NCBI GenBank assembly: GCA_963775425.1
Contig: CAVZJB010000017.1
Span: 160,001 to 224,000, forward strand
Length of the DNA: 64,000 nucleotides
Reading direction: 5' to 3'
Origin: an uncultured delta proteobacterium
GTDB taxonomy: Bacteria > Myxococcota > UBA727 > VGSZ01
Shown here: piece by piece, positions 48,115 to 58,798 of the stretch
Layout: every line of letters starts with the position of its first letter
Numbering within the stretch: position 1 is the first letter of the stretch
Notes under the pieces: generated by a model
Told to the model about the DNA's origin: nothing
What the model saw: the letters and a program-made list of their open reading frames with translations, nothing else
The model's database searches: none
Translations under genes and position numbers: made by a program

Positions 48115-48890
48115 ACACCAGGCTCGACGGGCGCGTCGTCATCGTCACCGGGAGCACGCAGGGGCTCGGCGAAGCCGTCGCGCTCGCCTGCGGCGACGAG
48201 GGCGCCGCGGGGGTGGTGGTCACGGGCCGAAGCGAGGCAAGGGGCCGCGCCGTCGCGGAGGCGCTCGAGCAAAAGGGCGCGCGAGCGCTGTTCGTGCGCG
48301 CCGACCTCGAGGACGTCGACGACTGCCGCGCCGTCGTCGCACGCGCGGCGGACCGGTTCGGACGCGTCGACGGCCTGGTGAACAGCGCGGCCACCACCGC
48401 GCGCGGTCACCTCGACGACACGTCCGTGGAGCTGTGGGACCGGGTGATGGCGTTGAACGTCCGCGCGCCGTTCGTAATCACGCAGGAGGCCGTGCGTGTG
48501 ATGAAGGCCGGCGGCCGCGGCGGAAGCATCGTGAACATCCTGTCCATGAGCGCCAACGGCGGTCAGCCATTTCTGTGCGCGTATTCGACGTCGAAGGGCG
48601 CGCTCGCCACGCTCACCAAGAACAACGCCCACGCGCTGCGCAAGGACCGCATCCGCGTGAACGGGCTGCGCATCGGGTGGATGGAGACGCCGGGCGAGCA
48701 CGCCGTCCAGGCCTCCGACGGCGCGGCCGCGGACTGGCTCGCGCGCGCGGCGGCGGCGCAGCCCTTCGGTCGCATCCTGCGCACGGGCGACGTCGCCGGC
48801 TTGTGCACGTGGCTCTTGTCCGACGCCGGCGCCATGATGACGGGGTCGCTCATCGACTTCGATCAGAACGTCGTCGGCGCGTACGATTGA
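48111..48890 (+). CDS. Short-chain dehydrogenase/reductase
   Basis: TGSTQGLG, LVNSAA, YSTSK, IRVN; TTG start overlaps the upstream stop. Confidence 0.92.
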   Translation: MNTRLDGRVVIVTGSTQGLGEAVALACGDEGAAGVVVTGRSEARGRAVAEALEQKGARALFVRADLEDVDDCRAVVARAADRFGRVDGLVNSAATTARGHLDDTSVELWDRVMALNVRAPFVITQEAVRVMKAGGRGGSIVNILSMSANGGQPFLCAYSTSKGALATLTKNNAHALRKDRIRVNGLRIGWMETPGEHAVQASDGAAADWLARAAAAQPFGRILRTGDVAGLCTWLLSDAGAMMTGSLIDFDQNVVGAYD

Positions 48891-48937
48891 GCGACGACGG
48901 AGCTCCGCCGGGCGCGTGCGGGTATCATCGAGCGCGC

Positions 48938-49789
48938 ATGACCTCCCGCACGCCTCGCCTCGCGCTGTTCGACCTCGACGGCACCCTCTTGACGTCGAAG
49001 CGCACCATCCTCGAGGACAACGTGCGGGCGCTGCGGCGCTTGATGGACGCCGGCGTGCTCGTGGCGTTTTGCACCGGAAGGCCGCCGGGGAGCGCGCAGC
49101 GGTATGTCGACGTCGTGAGACCCAACGCGCCGCTCATCCACTTCAACGGCGCGGTCGTGCGCGACGCCGCCGACGGCCGCGTCATCTTCTCGCGCTCGGT
49201 TCCCGCGGACACGGCGCTGGCGGCGCTGGTGGCGGCCGACGGTCACGCGCGCCACGCCAACATCTATGTCGGCGACGCCATCTGGATCGAGCGACGCTCC
49301 GAGACCTCGCGCGTCTCCGAGGAGAAGGACGGCGTGGCGCACACCGTCGTCCCGGACCTCCGAGGCCGCCTGAGCGCCGGCGGCGGCGCGCTCACCGGCG
49401 GCGCGCGCTCGAGCGCCGGGGACGTCCGGCCGACCAAGGTCATGCTCATCGCCGACGCCCCGCGCGTCCCCGCCATGACGGCAGCCGTCTCCGCGTCCGT
49501 CGGCGACGGCGCCGCGCTGGTCAACTCCGAGCCCGAGTACCTCGAGGTGCTCCCGCGCGGCGTCTCCAAGAAGACCGCGGCGGAGGCGCTGTGCGGGCAC
49601 CTCGGCCTCACGCTCAACGACGTCGTCGCTTTCGGCGACAACCTCAACGACCTCGATCTCCTGGTCGCCTGCGGCCGCGGCGTCGCCATGAGCAACAGCC
49701 ACCCCGAGGTGCTCGCGCGCGTCTCCGCGCACATCGGCGACAACGACAGCGACGCCATCGCCCGCTTCCTCGACGAGCTCTTCGCTTGA
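48938..49789 (+). CDS. Cof-type HAD IIB phosphatase
   Basis: DLDGTLL, CTGR, NGA, GVSK, FGDNLND. Confidence 0.92.
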   Translation: MTSRTPRLALFDLDGTLLTSKRTILEDNVRALRRLMDAGVLVAFCTGRPPGSAQRYVDVVRPNAPLIHFNGAVVRDAADGRVIFSRSVPADTALAALVAADGHARHANIYVGDAIWIERRSETSRVSEEKDGVAHTVVPDLRGRLSAGGGALTGGARSSAGDVRPTKVMLIADAPRVPAMTAAVSASVGDGAALVNSEPEYLEVLPRGVSKKTAAEALCGHLGLTLNDVVAFGDNLNDLDLLVACGRGVAMSNSHPEVLARVSAHIGDNDSDAIARFLDELFA

Positions 49790-49793
49790 CGCG

Positions 49794-51779
49794 TCAGGCG
49801 CCCCGGTGCCGCCTGCGCTCCCAGTAGACGACGATGAGGCCGACGATCACCACGAACAACACACCGTTGACGTCGAAGGCGTAGGCCGGGAAGCGGAGGA
49901 TGGGTGGGACGCCGAGCAGCGGCACCACGGCGAACAGCATGGTGGCGCGCTCGTGGTGCGCCGCGGACACGAAGATGGCGAGGGCGATGATGATCTGCGC
50001 AGCGGCGAAGCCGAGCGCCACCGGCGCCCCGAAGGCCGCGACCGTCGCCCACATGAGGCCGTTGCACGCGGCGCCGGCCGCGCCCGCCGTGAAGTAGTTG
50101 CGTGTCACCACGCTCACATGCCGACGACGCGAAGCGACGAACGCCGCGACGGCGAAGCAGCCGGACATCGGGATGTTCGAGACCGCCAACAGGCGCGCAT
50201 CCAGGTGCCACGCGCCGGAGCGCTGGAGGACACCGCCGACGAGCGAAAACGCGAGCCAGATGATCCCCAAGGCGATGAAGACGGCGACGCGGAGGGCCGT
50301 GCCGCGGCGCGGATCGAGCGAGCGCTCGAGGTCATCGAGGCGGCGCCGCTCGTCGTCGGCGGCGGCCACGGACGCCTCGAGGCGCGTGAGCGCGAGGGCC
50401 ACGTCGCCGGCGGGCTCGGAGAGCTCGTCGACGAGGACGCGGGCGGCGGCGGCGCGCCCGCGGCGGATCTCCCACTGCGCCATGGTCCGGAGCGTGCGCG
50501 CGAGGCCGTCCTGGGCCTCGGCGGACTCCGGCCAACGCCGCAGGGCGACGGTGAAGCCGAAGCGCGCGCCGCTGTACGCGCGGTGGGCGGCGGCGTCGCG
50601 CTCGGGCGTATCCGGCTGCGCTGCGTCGCCGGCGACGATCGAGACGAGCTTTTCGATCTCCGCCTGCGCCTCGGCGATGACGTCGCGCGCGCCCGCGTGC
50701 GAGAGGTAGACCGCGAGCGCTTCGCGAAGCTCCTCGGCGCCGGCGAAGCGGGCCTCGCGGTCGCGAGAGAGGGCGCGCGCGCAGATGCCCGCGAGCTCCG
50801 TCGGGACGTCGGCCGGAAACGCCGGCGGCGCAGACACGAACGCCGCGTGGAGCGTCTCCGCGAGGGACGCGCCCACGTGCGGCGCGCGGCCGGTGAGGAC
50901 GACATGCAGCATGGCGCCGAGCAGGTACACGTCGCAGCGCTCGTCGAGGGGCTCGCCGGGCAGCGTCATCTCCGGCGCCATGAAGGCGGGCGTCCCGGTG
51001 ACGCCCGCGGGCGCGTCCGCGTCGGTGAGGCCGGCGACGGCGCGCCCGGGGAGCGCGGCGGCGGCGCCCCAATCGAGCAGGTAGACCTCACCGAACGAGC
51101 CGACCATCACGTTGGCCGGCTTGAGGTCCCGGTGAAGGACGCCGCGCGAGTGCGCGAACTGCACGGCCCGACACACGTCCATGAGCACGCCGACGTGGCG
51201 TTCGAGATCGTCGAGCGTCGACGCGCGCGCCGCGAGCATGCGAGACCACGCGTGGCCGTCGATGCGCTTCATGACGACGACGACGTCGCCCGCGGCGGTC
51301 CTTCCCGCGCCGTGAACCGGGACGATGTTCGGGTGCTCGAGTCTCCCGGTGACGCGACCCTCGAGCAGCAGGTCGCGCGCCGCGCTCTCGGTGTCGCTGC
51401 CGCCCCGCGCGGCGAGCTTCACGGCGACCTCGCGCTCGAGCGGCCGCTGCTCGGCGACGTGGATGCGGCCCATGCCCCCGCGGCCGATCTCGGCGCCGAG
51501 CACGATCTCGACGCCGGCGTCGCTGCCGACGAGCACCGGCAGGTCCGCCACCGGCAGCGGCGCGCGAGGCGCGGTGCGCGCCTCCGCGAGGATGGTGCCG
51601 TTTGCGTCGGGCGCGAGCGCGTCCGGGTCGACGCCGTACCCCCGCAGGATGCGCGCGAACGTCGCAGCGTCGGGCGCGACGTCGAGCGCGGGCTGCGACA
51701 AGAGCGGCCGCCCGGCGGCCGCGCCGCCTGCCGTCACGCACAGTGTCTCGTCACCGCTCACGATGGAACGGTAGCGCAT
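49794..51779 (-). CDS. Hanks-type Ser/Thr protein kinase with C-terminal multi-pass membrane domain
   Basis: GRGGMG, VAVK, HPNIV, HRDLKPAN, DWG, GTPAFMAPE; about 6 TM at the C-terminus. Confidence 0.92.
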   Translation of the reverse strand: MRYRSIVSGDETLCVTAGGAAAGRPLLSQPALDVAPDAATFARILRGYGVDPDALAPDANGTILAEARTAPRAPLPVADLPVLVGSDAGVEIVLGAEIGRGGMGRIHVAEQRPLEREVAVKLAARGGSDTESAARDLLLEGRVTGRLEHPNIVPVHGAGRTAAGDVVVVMKRIDGHAWSRMLAARASTLDDLERHVGVLMDVCRAVQFAHSRGVLHRDLKPANVMVGSFGEVYLLDWGAAAALPGRAVAGLTDADAPAGVTGTPAFMAPEMTLPGEPLDERCDVYLLGAMLHVVLTGRAPHVGASLAETLHAAFVSAPPAFPADVPTELAGICARALSRDREARFAGAEELREALAVYLSHAGARDVIAEAQAEIEKLVSIVAGDAAQPDTPERDAAAHRAYSGARFGFTVALRRWPESAEAQDGLARTLRTMAQWEIRRGRAAAARVLVDELSEPAGDVALALTRLEASVAAADDERRRLDDLERSLDPRRGTALRVAVFIALGIIWLAFSLVGGVLQRSGAWHLDARLLAVSNIPMSGCFAVAAFVASRRRHVSVVTRNYFTAGAAGAACNGLMWATVAAFGAPVALGFAAAQIIIALAIFVSAAHHERATMLFAVVPLLGVPPILRFPAYAFDVNGVLFVVIVGLIVVYWERRRHRGA

Positions 51780-51865
51780 GTGTCGTCGGTTTCCATGCCG
51801 GCGCCGCGAGCGATACGCGTCCGGCGAGCGCCTCGGCGCGGGAGCGCGTGGCGAACCGGCGCTGG

Positions 51866-52681
51866 TTATGCCGGGCCCTCGAAGCCGGTCAGCGCGTGGA
51901 GCGCGTCGTAGATGCCGGGCGCGGCACACACGAAGGCGTTGCCGTCGGTGAGCCAATCGGGGCGCGCTTCGAACGCGTTCACGCGCGCACCCGCCTCGCG
52001 CAGGATGACGAGGCCGGCGGCGACGTCCCAGGAGTTGAGGTGCTTTTCGATGTAGCCGTCGAGGCGACCGGAGGCGACGAAGGCGGTCTCGACGCAGGCG
52101 GAGCCGAGCCGGCGGATCTCCGCGCCCGAGTCCGAGACCCGCGTGCGGATCTCGTTCACCGGCCGGTTCTCGGTCCGCGTGGAGGAGCCCACGGCGACGA
52201 TCGCCTTGTTGAGCGACATCGTCCTGGCGGGCACGATGGGGACGCCGTCGAGCGTGGCGCCGGCACCGGCGGCGGCCGCGTACATCTCGTCCTGTTGCGA
52301 GAGGTGGATGACGCCCACGACCGGGGCGCCGTCGACGACGAGGCCGATGCTCACGGCGTACAGCGGCAGCCCGCGCAGGAAGTTGAAGGTGCCGTCGATG
52401 GGATCGATGACCCACACCGGCTGGCCCAGGGCCGGCGTGGTCTTCGCCCCCTCTTCACCGAAGAACGCGTGCCCCGGGAAGCGCTTCTGGAGCTCCTCGA
52501 CGATGAGCTCCTCGGTCTTCCGGTCTGCCTCGGAGACGTAGTCCTGCGCGCCCTTCTCCTCGACGTGGAGCTCGGCGCGCTTGCGAAACCAGACGTCCGC
52601 GCGCGCGCCGGCCATGCGGGCGACGTCGACGGCGGCGTCGCGGAAACGGGCGAGGTCGGCAGCGGGCAGCGCCGCGGTCAC
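51866..52681 (-). CDS. Inositol monophosphatase family protein
   Basis: DYVSEAD, GEE, WVIDPIDGTFNF, RRLGSA, WDVAAG. Confidence 0.93.
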   Translation of the reverse strand: MTAALPAADLARFRDAAVDVARMAGARADVWFRKRAELHVEEKGAQDYVSEADRKTEELIVEELQKRFPGHAFFGEEGAKTTPALGQPVWVIDPIDGTFNFLRGLPLYAVSIGLVVDGAPVVGVIHLSQQDEMYAAAAGAGATLDGVPIVPARTMSLNKAIVAVGSSTRTENRPVNEIRTRVSDSGAEIRRLGSACVETAFVASGRLDGYIEKHLNSWDVAAGLVILREAGARVNAFEARPDWLTDGNAFVCAAPGIYDALHALTGFEGPA

Positions 52682-53700
52682 GGCAACATCCGTTCGCGCA
52701 CGAGCTTCACGAGCCCGTCGTAGCCGTCGAGGAACTGCTTGAGCGTGTGCACCGAGGCGCCGTACGCGGCGAACTCCTCGGCCTTGAGCGCGCCGTCGTC
52801 GTGGGCGCGCACGAAGTCGGGGACTGTGCGCAAGGACGCGAGGACGCGAGGGTCCACGGGCTCGTCGAGCGAGTCGCGCAGCTCGAACGACGACGCCTCG
52901 AACCGCTTCCACCAGCCGTAGGGGATGGTCTGGACGATGCCGGGTCCGACGAGCTCGGTCCAATGCAGGTGGTGCCGGTAGGCCGCCGCGAGGAGCGTCG
53001 CGTCGAAGCCGCGCTGCTTGAAGATGCGCGCGGCCTCCTTGAAGACGGCGATGCCGGCCCAGGCGATGTGGCCGGGATCGATGAGCCGCTTTTCCTTGTC
53101 GACCATGCGCTTGATGTGGTCGTCGACGCGGCCGATCATGAGCGTGACGACGTGGCGCGCCTTCTTCCTGGCCCGCGCGTCTCCGCGGGCGAGCGCCTCG
53201 GCGACGGCGACGGCCTGCGACGTCGTGAAGCTCACCGTGGCGTTCACCGGGATCCCCGCGGCCGCCATCTCCTCCATGGCCGCGATGCCGGCCTTGGTGG
53301 CCGGGGCCTTGATGGCGATGTTGGGGGCGAGCGCGGCGAGGACCTGTGCGTGCGCCGCCATGGCCTTCGCATCGCGCCAGTGCTTGGGGCTCACCTGGGC
53401 GCACAGGAGCCCGCGCCTCCCGCCGCTGCGCTCGTATTCGGGCTGGAGCAAGAGCGCGGCTTCGCGCACCACCTCGCCGACGAGGCGCCAGGCGACGTCG
53501 TCTTCGCCGGCCGCGGGGTGCTCGAGGATCAGGACGTCGAGGACGTTTTGCAGCCGCTCCTTGTCCGCGTTGACGGCGGCCGCGACGATGACCGGGTTGG
53601 ACGTCGCTCCGACGAAGCCGTGCGCCACCGCGTCCTTCAGCTCGCTGAGCGCGCAGGAGTCGTTCCACAGCTCCACGCCCCGCTTGGCCGTCTCCGCCAT
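52678..53700 (-). CDS. Transaldolase family protein
   Basis: WNDS, GATSNP, QVSP, IAIKAPAT (Schiff-base Lys), VNATVSF, GRVDD, AAYR. Confidence 0.88.
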   Translation of the reverse strand: MAETAKRGVELWNDSCALSELKDAVAHGFVGATSNPVIVAAAVNADKERLQNVLDVLILEHPAAGEDDVAWRLVGEVVREAALLLQPEYERSGGRRGLLCAQVSPKHWRDAKAMAAHAQVLAALAPNIAIKAPATKAGIAAMEEMAAAGIPVNATVSFTTSQAVAVAEALARGDARARKKARHVVTLMIGRVDDHIKRMVDKEKRLIDPGHIAWAGIAVFKEAARIFKQRGFDATLLAAAYRHHLHWTELVGPGIVQTIPYGWWKRFEASSFELRDSLDEPVDPRVLASLRTVPDFVRAHDDGALKAEEFAAYGASVHTLKQFLDGYDGLVKLVRERMLP

Positions 53701-53802
53701 CTTTCCGGTATGCATTACGTGGCTCCTCTTTCGACGCGGGGGACAAGCCCCCGCCCTACATTGTGCCCGACGGCGGCGTCGCCCCGAGACGGCACCGCGT
53801 GT

Positions 53803-53889
53803 TCCGCGCGCCCGAGGACGGCAGCGCCCGCCGCCGTGTTCTCCGCGCGCCCGAGGACGGCAGCGCCCGCCGCCGTGTGTTCCGTGCGC
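53803..53889. repeat. 39-bp tandem repeat (two copies plus a partial third)
   Basis: tccgcgcgcccgaggacggcagcgcccgccgccgtgtNN at 53803 and 53842. Confidence 0.85.
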
Positions 53890-53890
53890 A

Positions 53891-54817
53891 TCAGACGCCC
53901 GCCTCGCGCCGGAGGTACTCGCGCGCGGTCCTGGCGTACTCGAGGGGGCTCGCCTTGTGCGGGTCCTGCTCGGCCTCGACGACGAGCCAGCCGCGGTAGC
54001 CGTGGCACGCGAGGGCGGCGAGGAACGCGGCGAAGTCGACGGCGCCGGCGGGGTCGCCCGGCACGGTGAACACGCCTTCGCGCACGGCGCGCTCGAAGGT
54101 CCACCCGCCGGAGCGCGCAGCGGCCACCACGCCGGCGCGCACGTTCTTCAGGTGCACATGGGTCACGCGCGCCGCGTGCTTGTCGAGGACGGCCAGCGGG
54201 TCGGCGCCGGTGAACGCGAGGTGGCCGGTGTCGACGAGGAGGCCCAGCGACGGGCACGCGGCCATGAGCGCGTCGACGTCGCCGGCGTCCTGGACCACCG
54301 TGCCCATGTGCTCGTGGTACGCGGTCTTCATCCCGAGCGCCGCCGCCTCCGCCGCGAGCGCCTGCAGCCCCTCGGTCAGCGCGCGCCACTGGCGCTCCTC
54401 GAGGAAGCGCCGTCCCCCCTCGAAGTACAGCGGGCTCTGGCCGTCGCCGTGGATGGCGTACGTACACTCGGCGACGATGACGACGTCGCTCCCCGCGGCC
54501 TTGAGCTTCTCGGCGTGCTTGCGGAAGCGCGCCCGCTCCTCGTCGAGCGGCCGCTCCGCCAGGAACGTGCTGTGCCAGCCGGACGCCAGGCGCAGGCCGA
54601 AGCGGTCGAGCAGCGCCGTGATGGCGCCGCCGTCGTCGGGGAAGCGGTGACCGAGCTCCGTTCCCGCGTAACCGGCCTCGCGCATCTCGCCGAGACACTG
54701 CTCGAGCGACGTGCCCGCGCCGAGGTCCTTGAAGTCGTCGTTGATCCAGTTGATCGGCTGCGCGGCGACGGCGACGTCGGCGGGGCTCAATCGGGGTGCT
54801 TCGGGCGAAGTCATCAT
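53891..54817 (-). CDS. iolE: myo-Inosose-2 dehydratase
   Basis: PINWINDD, GTELG, YHEHMGTVVQ, DTGH, HLKN, FTVPGD, VVEAEQDP. Confidence 0.94.
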   Translation of the reverse strand: MMTSPEAPRLSPADVAVAAQPINWINDDFKDLGAGTSLEQCLGEMREAGYAGTELGHRFPDDGGAITALLDRFGLRLASGWHSTFLAERPLDEERARFRKHAEKLKAAGSDVVIVAECTYAIHGDGQSPLYFEGGRRFLEERQWRALTEGLQALAAEAAALGMKTAYHEHMGTVVQDAGDVDALMAACPSLGLLVDTGHLAFTGADPLAVLDKHAARVTHVHLKNVRAGVVAAARSGGWTFERAVREGVFTVPGDPAGAVDFAAFLAALACHGYRGWLVVEAEQDPHKASPLEYARTAREYLRREAGV

Positions 54818-54842
54818 GCGATCTCGTCGGGCGTCGCCGTTT

Positions 54843-56698
<1,856 letters not shown>

Positions 56699-56702
<4 letters not shown>

Positions 56703-57511
56703 AGGAGCTCCTTGGGCGTAAAGCCCTGGTCCTTGCCGTCGAGGATCCAGCGGTGCTCGTCGGCGAAGGTGAAGCCGGTGTACCTGGCGCCGGGTTGGTG
56801 GCGCACGATCCACAGGTAGTACATGCCGTAGCCGGGCGCGGCGACCTGCGGGTGATCGACGCCGTCCAGGATCTTGACCGTGTCGCCGTGCTTGACCTTG
56901 ACGACGTCGTCACCGAGCTCGGCGTGGCCGTAGCCCTGCGGCTTCGTGAAGCGGTAGTGGTACAGCTCCGCCTGCGCGTGGTGGTGCGGCGGATAGCTCG
57001 ACCACCGCCCCGGCAGGTTCACGACCTCGCCCACGACGAGCATCGACTGCGGCCGCTTCTCGAGATCGAACGTGAGGCGCACCACGCGGAGCGACGCGTC
57101 CTGCGCGAACCCCTTGCCGCGCTGCTCGCTCGATGTCTCCTGCGGGAGGAACAGGCGCGCAGAAAACGACGCCGCGTTGTCGCAGCGCGCGCGCCCCCAC
57201 TCGACGTCAGCGTCGGCCTCGATGCGCACGCCTTGGCCGCGCGCGAGCGACAGCACCGTCGGCCGCTCGTCGAACAGGCTGCTGCGCGACACGGCGGCGT
57301 CGACGCCCTCCGCCGTCACGCGCGCCTTGCCGTCGAAGAGCACCCAGGCGGTCTCCTTGTCCGACGCCTCGTCGATGACCTCGCCCGCGCGCATGCGCAC
57401 GACGGCGAAGTCGACGCCGCAGTCGCCGGCCGCGTCGCCCTCGGTGGTGATGGGCGTGGTGCCGAACGGGAAGCCGCCGCGGTGGGCGGTGTCGTGACAG
57501 GGGTGCGGCAT
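56699..57511 (-). CDS. iolB: 5-deoxy-glucuronate isomerase
   Basis: RSSLFDE, GEVV..GRWSSYPPHHH, ELYHYRF, HPQVAAPGYGMYYLW. Confidence 0.9.
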
Positions 57512-57553
57512 GCCCGCCTTGTCGCGGACGCGCCCGGGCAATTCAACCGGGGG

Positions 57554-58144
57554 TCAACGGGGCTTGCCGTCGGCCAGCGTGTGATCGCGCTTGACGCTCG
57601 ACATCTTCGAGGCCGCGTGGGGGTTGTCGTCGGTGACGACGGAGCCGCTCTGCGCCGGGACGCCGTGCGCCTCGGAGAGCGGGCGCTCGGCGCCGGGGCG
57701 CCCCTCCGCGAGGCTGCGCGGGCGCGTCAGCAGCGGCTTGTCGCGCGGGGGAGGCGGCGGCATCTCCTCCGCCGGCTCGCGGTCCTCGAAGAGCGCGCGG
57801 ATGGCCGCGGGCGCCTCGGTCCCCGCCGGCGGTCCCTCGCAGATGTCGACGAGCGCGCGCGCCGTGACGAGCGCGAGCTCGAGCGCGTGCGACGGGGAGA
57901 CATGCGCCCGGGCGGACGCGCGGTTGACGAGGTCGTCTACGCTGGTCGGGGCGTCGTCGCCGGCGCCGAGCAGATCGACGTCGAGGCCTTCGAGCGTCGC
58001 CAGCTCCGAGCGCGCCGGCACCGAGAGCGAGGGGCCGAGCAGCTCGAGGAGCGCTCGGCCCGTCCTCGTGGCCTCGTCCAGTGACGCGCCGGCCTTGTCG
58101 GCGACCGTCTCCCAGAGCTCCTGGGCCCGTGTCGGTCGAAACAT
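57554..58144 (-). CDS. Hypothetical protein (DUF2267-like N-terminus)
   Basis: GAGG RBS; helical N-terminus VADKAG..EATR..ALLELL; C-terminal SLAEGRPG/TLADGKP repeats. Confidence 0.55.
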   Translation of the reverse strand: MFRPTRAQELWETVADKAGASLDEATRTGRALLELLGPSLSVPARSELATLEGLDVDLLGAGDDAPTSVDDLVNRASARAHVSPSHALELALVTARALVDICEGPPAGTEAPAAIRALFEDREPAEEMPPPPPRDKPLLTRPRSLAEGRPGAERPLSEAHGVPAQSGSVVTDDNPHAASKMSSVKRDHTLADGKPR

Positions 58145-58168
58145 CGTGCACCTCGTTTGATTCTTGTT

Positions 58169-58184
58169 CGCATCGCCCGTGCCA
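58169..58184 (-). promoter_or_regulatory. Candidate sigma54 promoter
   Basis: TGGCAC-GGGCG-ATGCG upstream of ATG 58144; nearly identical to the motif at 26079-26094. Confidence 0.5.
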
Positions 58185-58305
58185 GACGACACGCGCGACC
58201 GAACGCCCCGCTCGCCGCGCGCCCGCGCGATCCCGCACCGTGCCTGTGAACGCTCGCCCACGTCGTCGCGCCACCCCGCACGCGCCGCCGCCCCACGCTC
58301 GGCGC

Positions 58306-58716
58306 TCAGGCGCGCTCCGCCACCACGAACGCGCCCGCCGTGTTGCCGTCGTGCGTGAGCGAGACGTGCAGCCTGTCGATCTCGAGCGCCCGCAACAGCG
58401 CCGCCGCCGCCGCCGAGAGCACGAGCGTGGGGCGGCCGCGCGCGTCGCGCCGCACCTCGACGTCGACGAGCGGCACAGGCGCAGGCTCGAGCCCGAGCGC
58501 CGCCGCCGCCCCGTCCAGCGCTTTCAGCGCCGCCTCCTTGGCCGCGAAGCGCGCCGCCAGGTGAACCACCGGGTCGCCGTGCGCCTCGCGCTCGCAGTAG
58601 CGCAGCTCCGTCTCCGTGAACGTCGCGGCGACGAAGCGCGTGCGCGCCCCCGCCGGCCCCACCAAGCCGGCGAAGGCGCCGACGTCGACGAGGTCCATGC
58701 CGACGCCGGCGATCAC
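58306..58716 (-). CDS. acpS: Holo-ACP synthase (4'-phosphopantetheinyl transferase)
   Basis: GVGMDLVD, FTETE, LAARFAAKEA, GRP, VSLTHD. Confidence 0.93.
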   Translation of the reverse strand: MIAGVGMDLVDVGAFAGLVGPAGARTRFVAATFTETELRYCEREAHGDPVVHLAARFAAKEAALKALDGAAAALGLEPAPVPLVDVEVRRDARGRPTLVLSAAAAALLRALEIDRLHVSLTHDGNTAGAFVVAERA

Positions 58717-58746
58717 GGCGCGCTCCCCCGGCGCGCGCGCCGCGCC

Positions 58747-58785
58747 GGCGACGGAGACGGCGACAGCGACGGCGACGGCGACGGC
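58747..58785. repeat. (GGCGAC)n hexamer repeat between fas and acpS
   Basis: ggcgac ggagac ggcgac agcgac ggcgac ggcgac ggc. Confidence 0.7.
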
Positions 58786-58798
58786 CCGCGGCTGCGGA

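Noticed and set aside
53803-53889. CRISPR array
   Set aside because: Head-to-tail tandem copies with no spacers.
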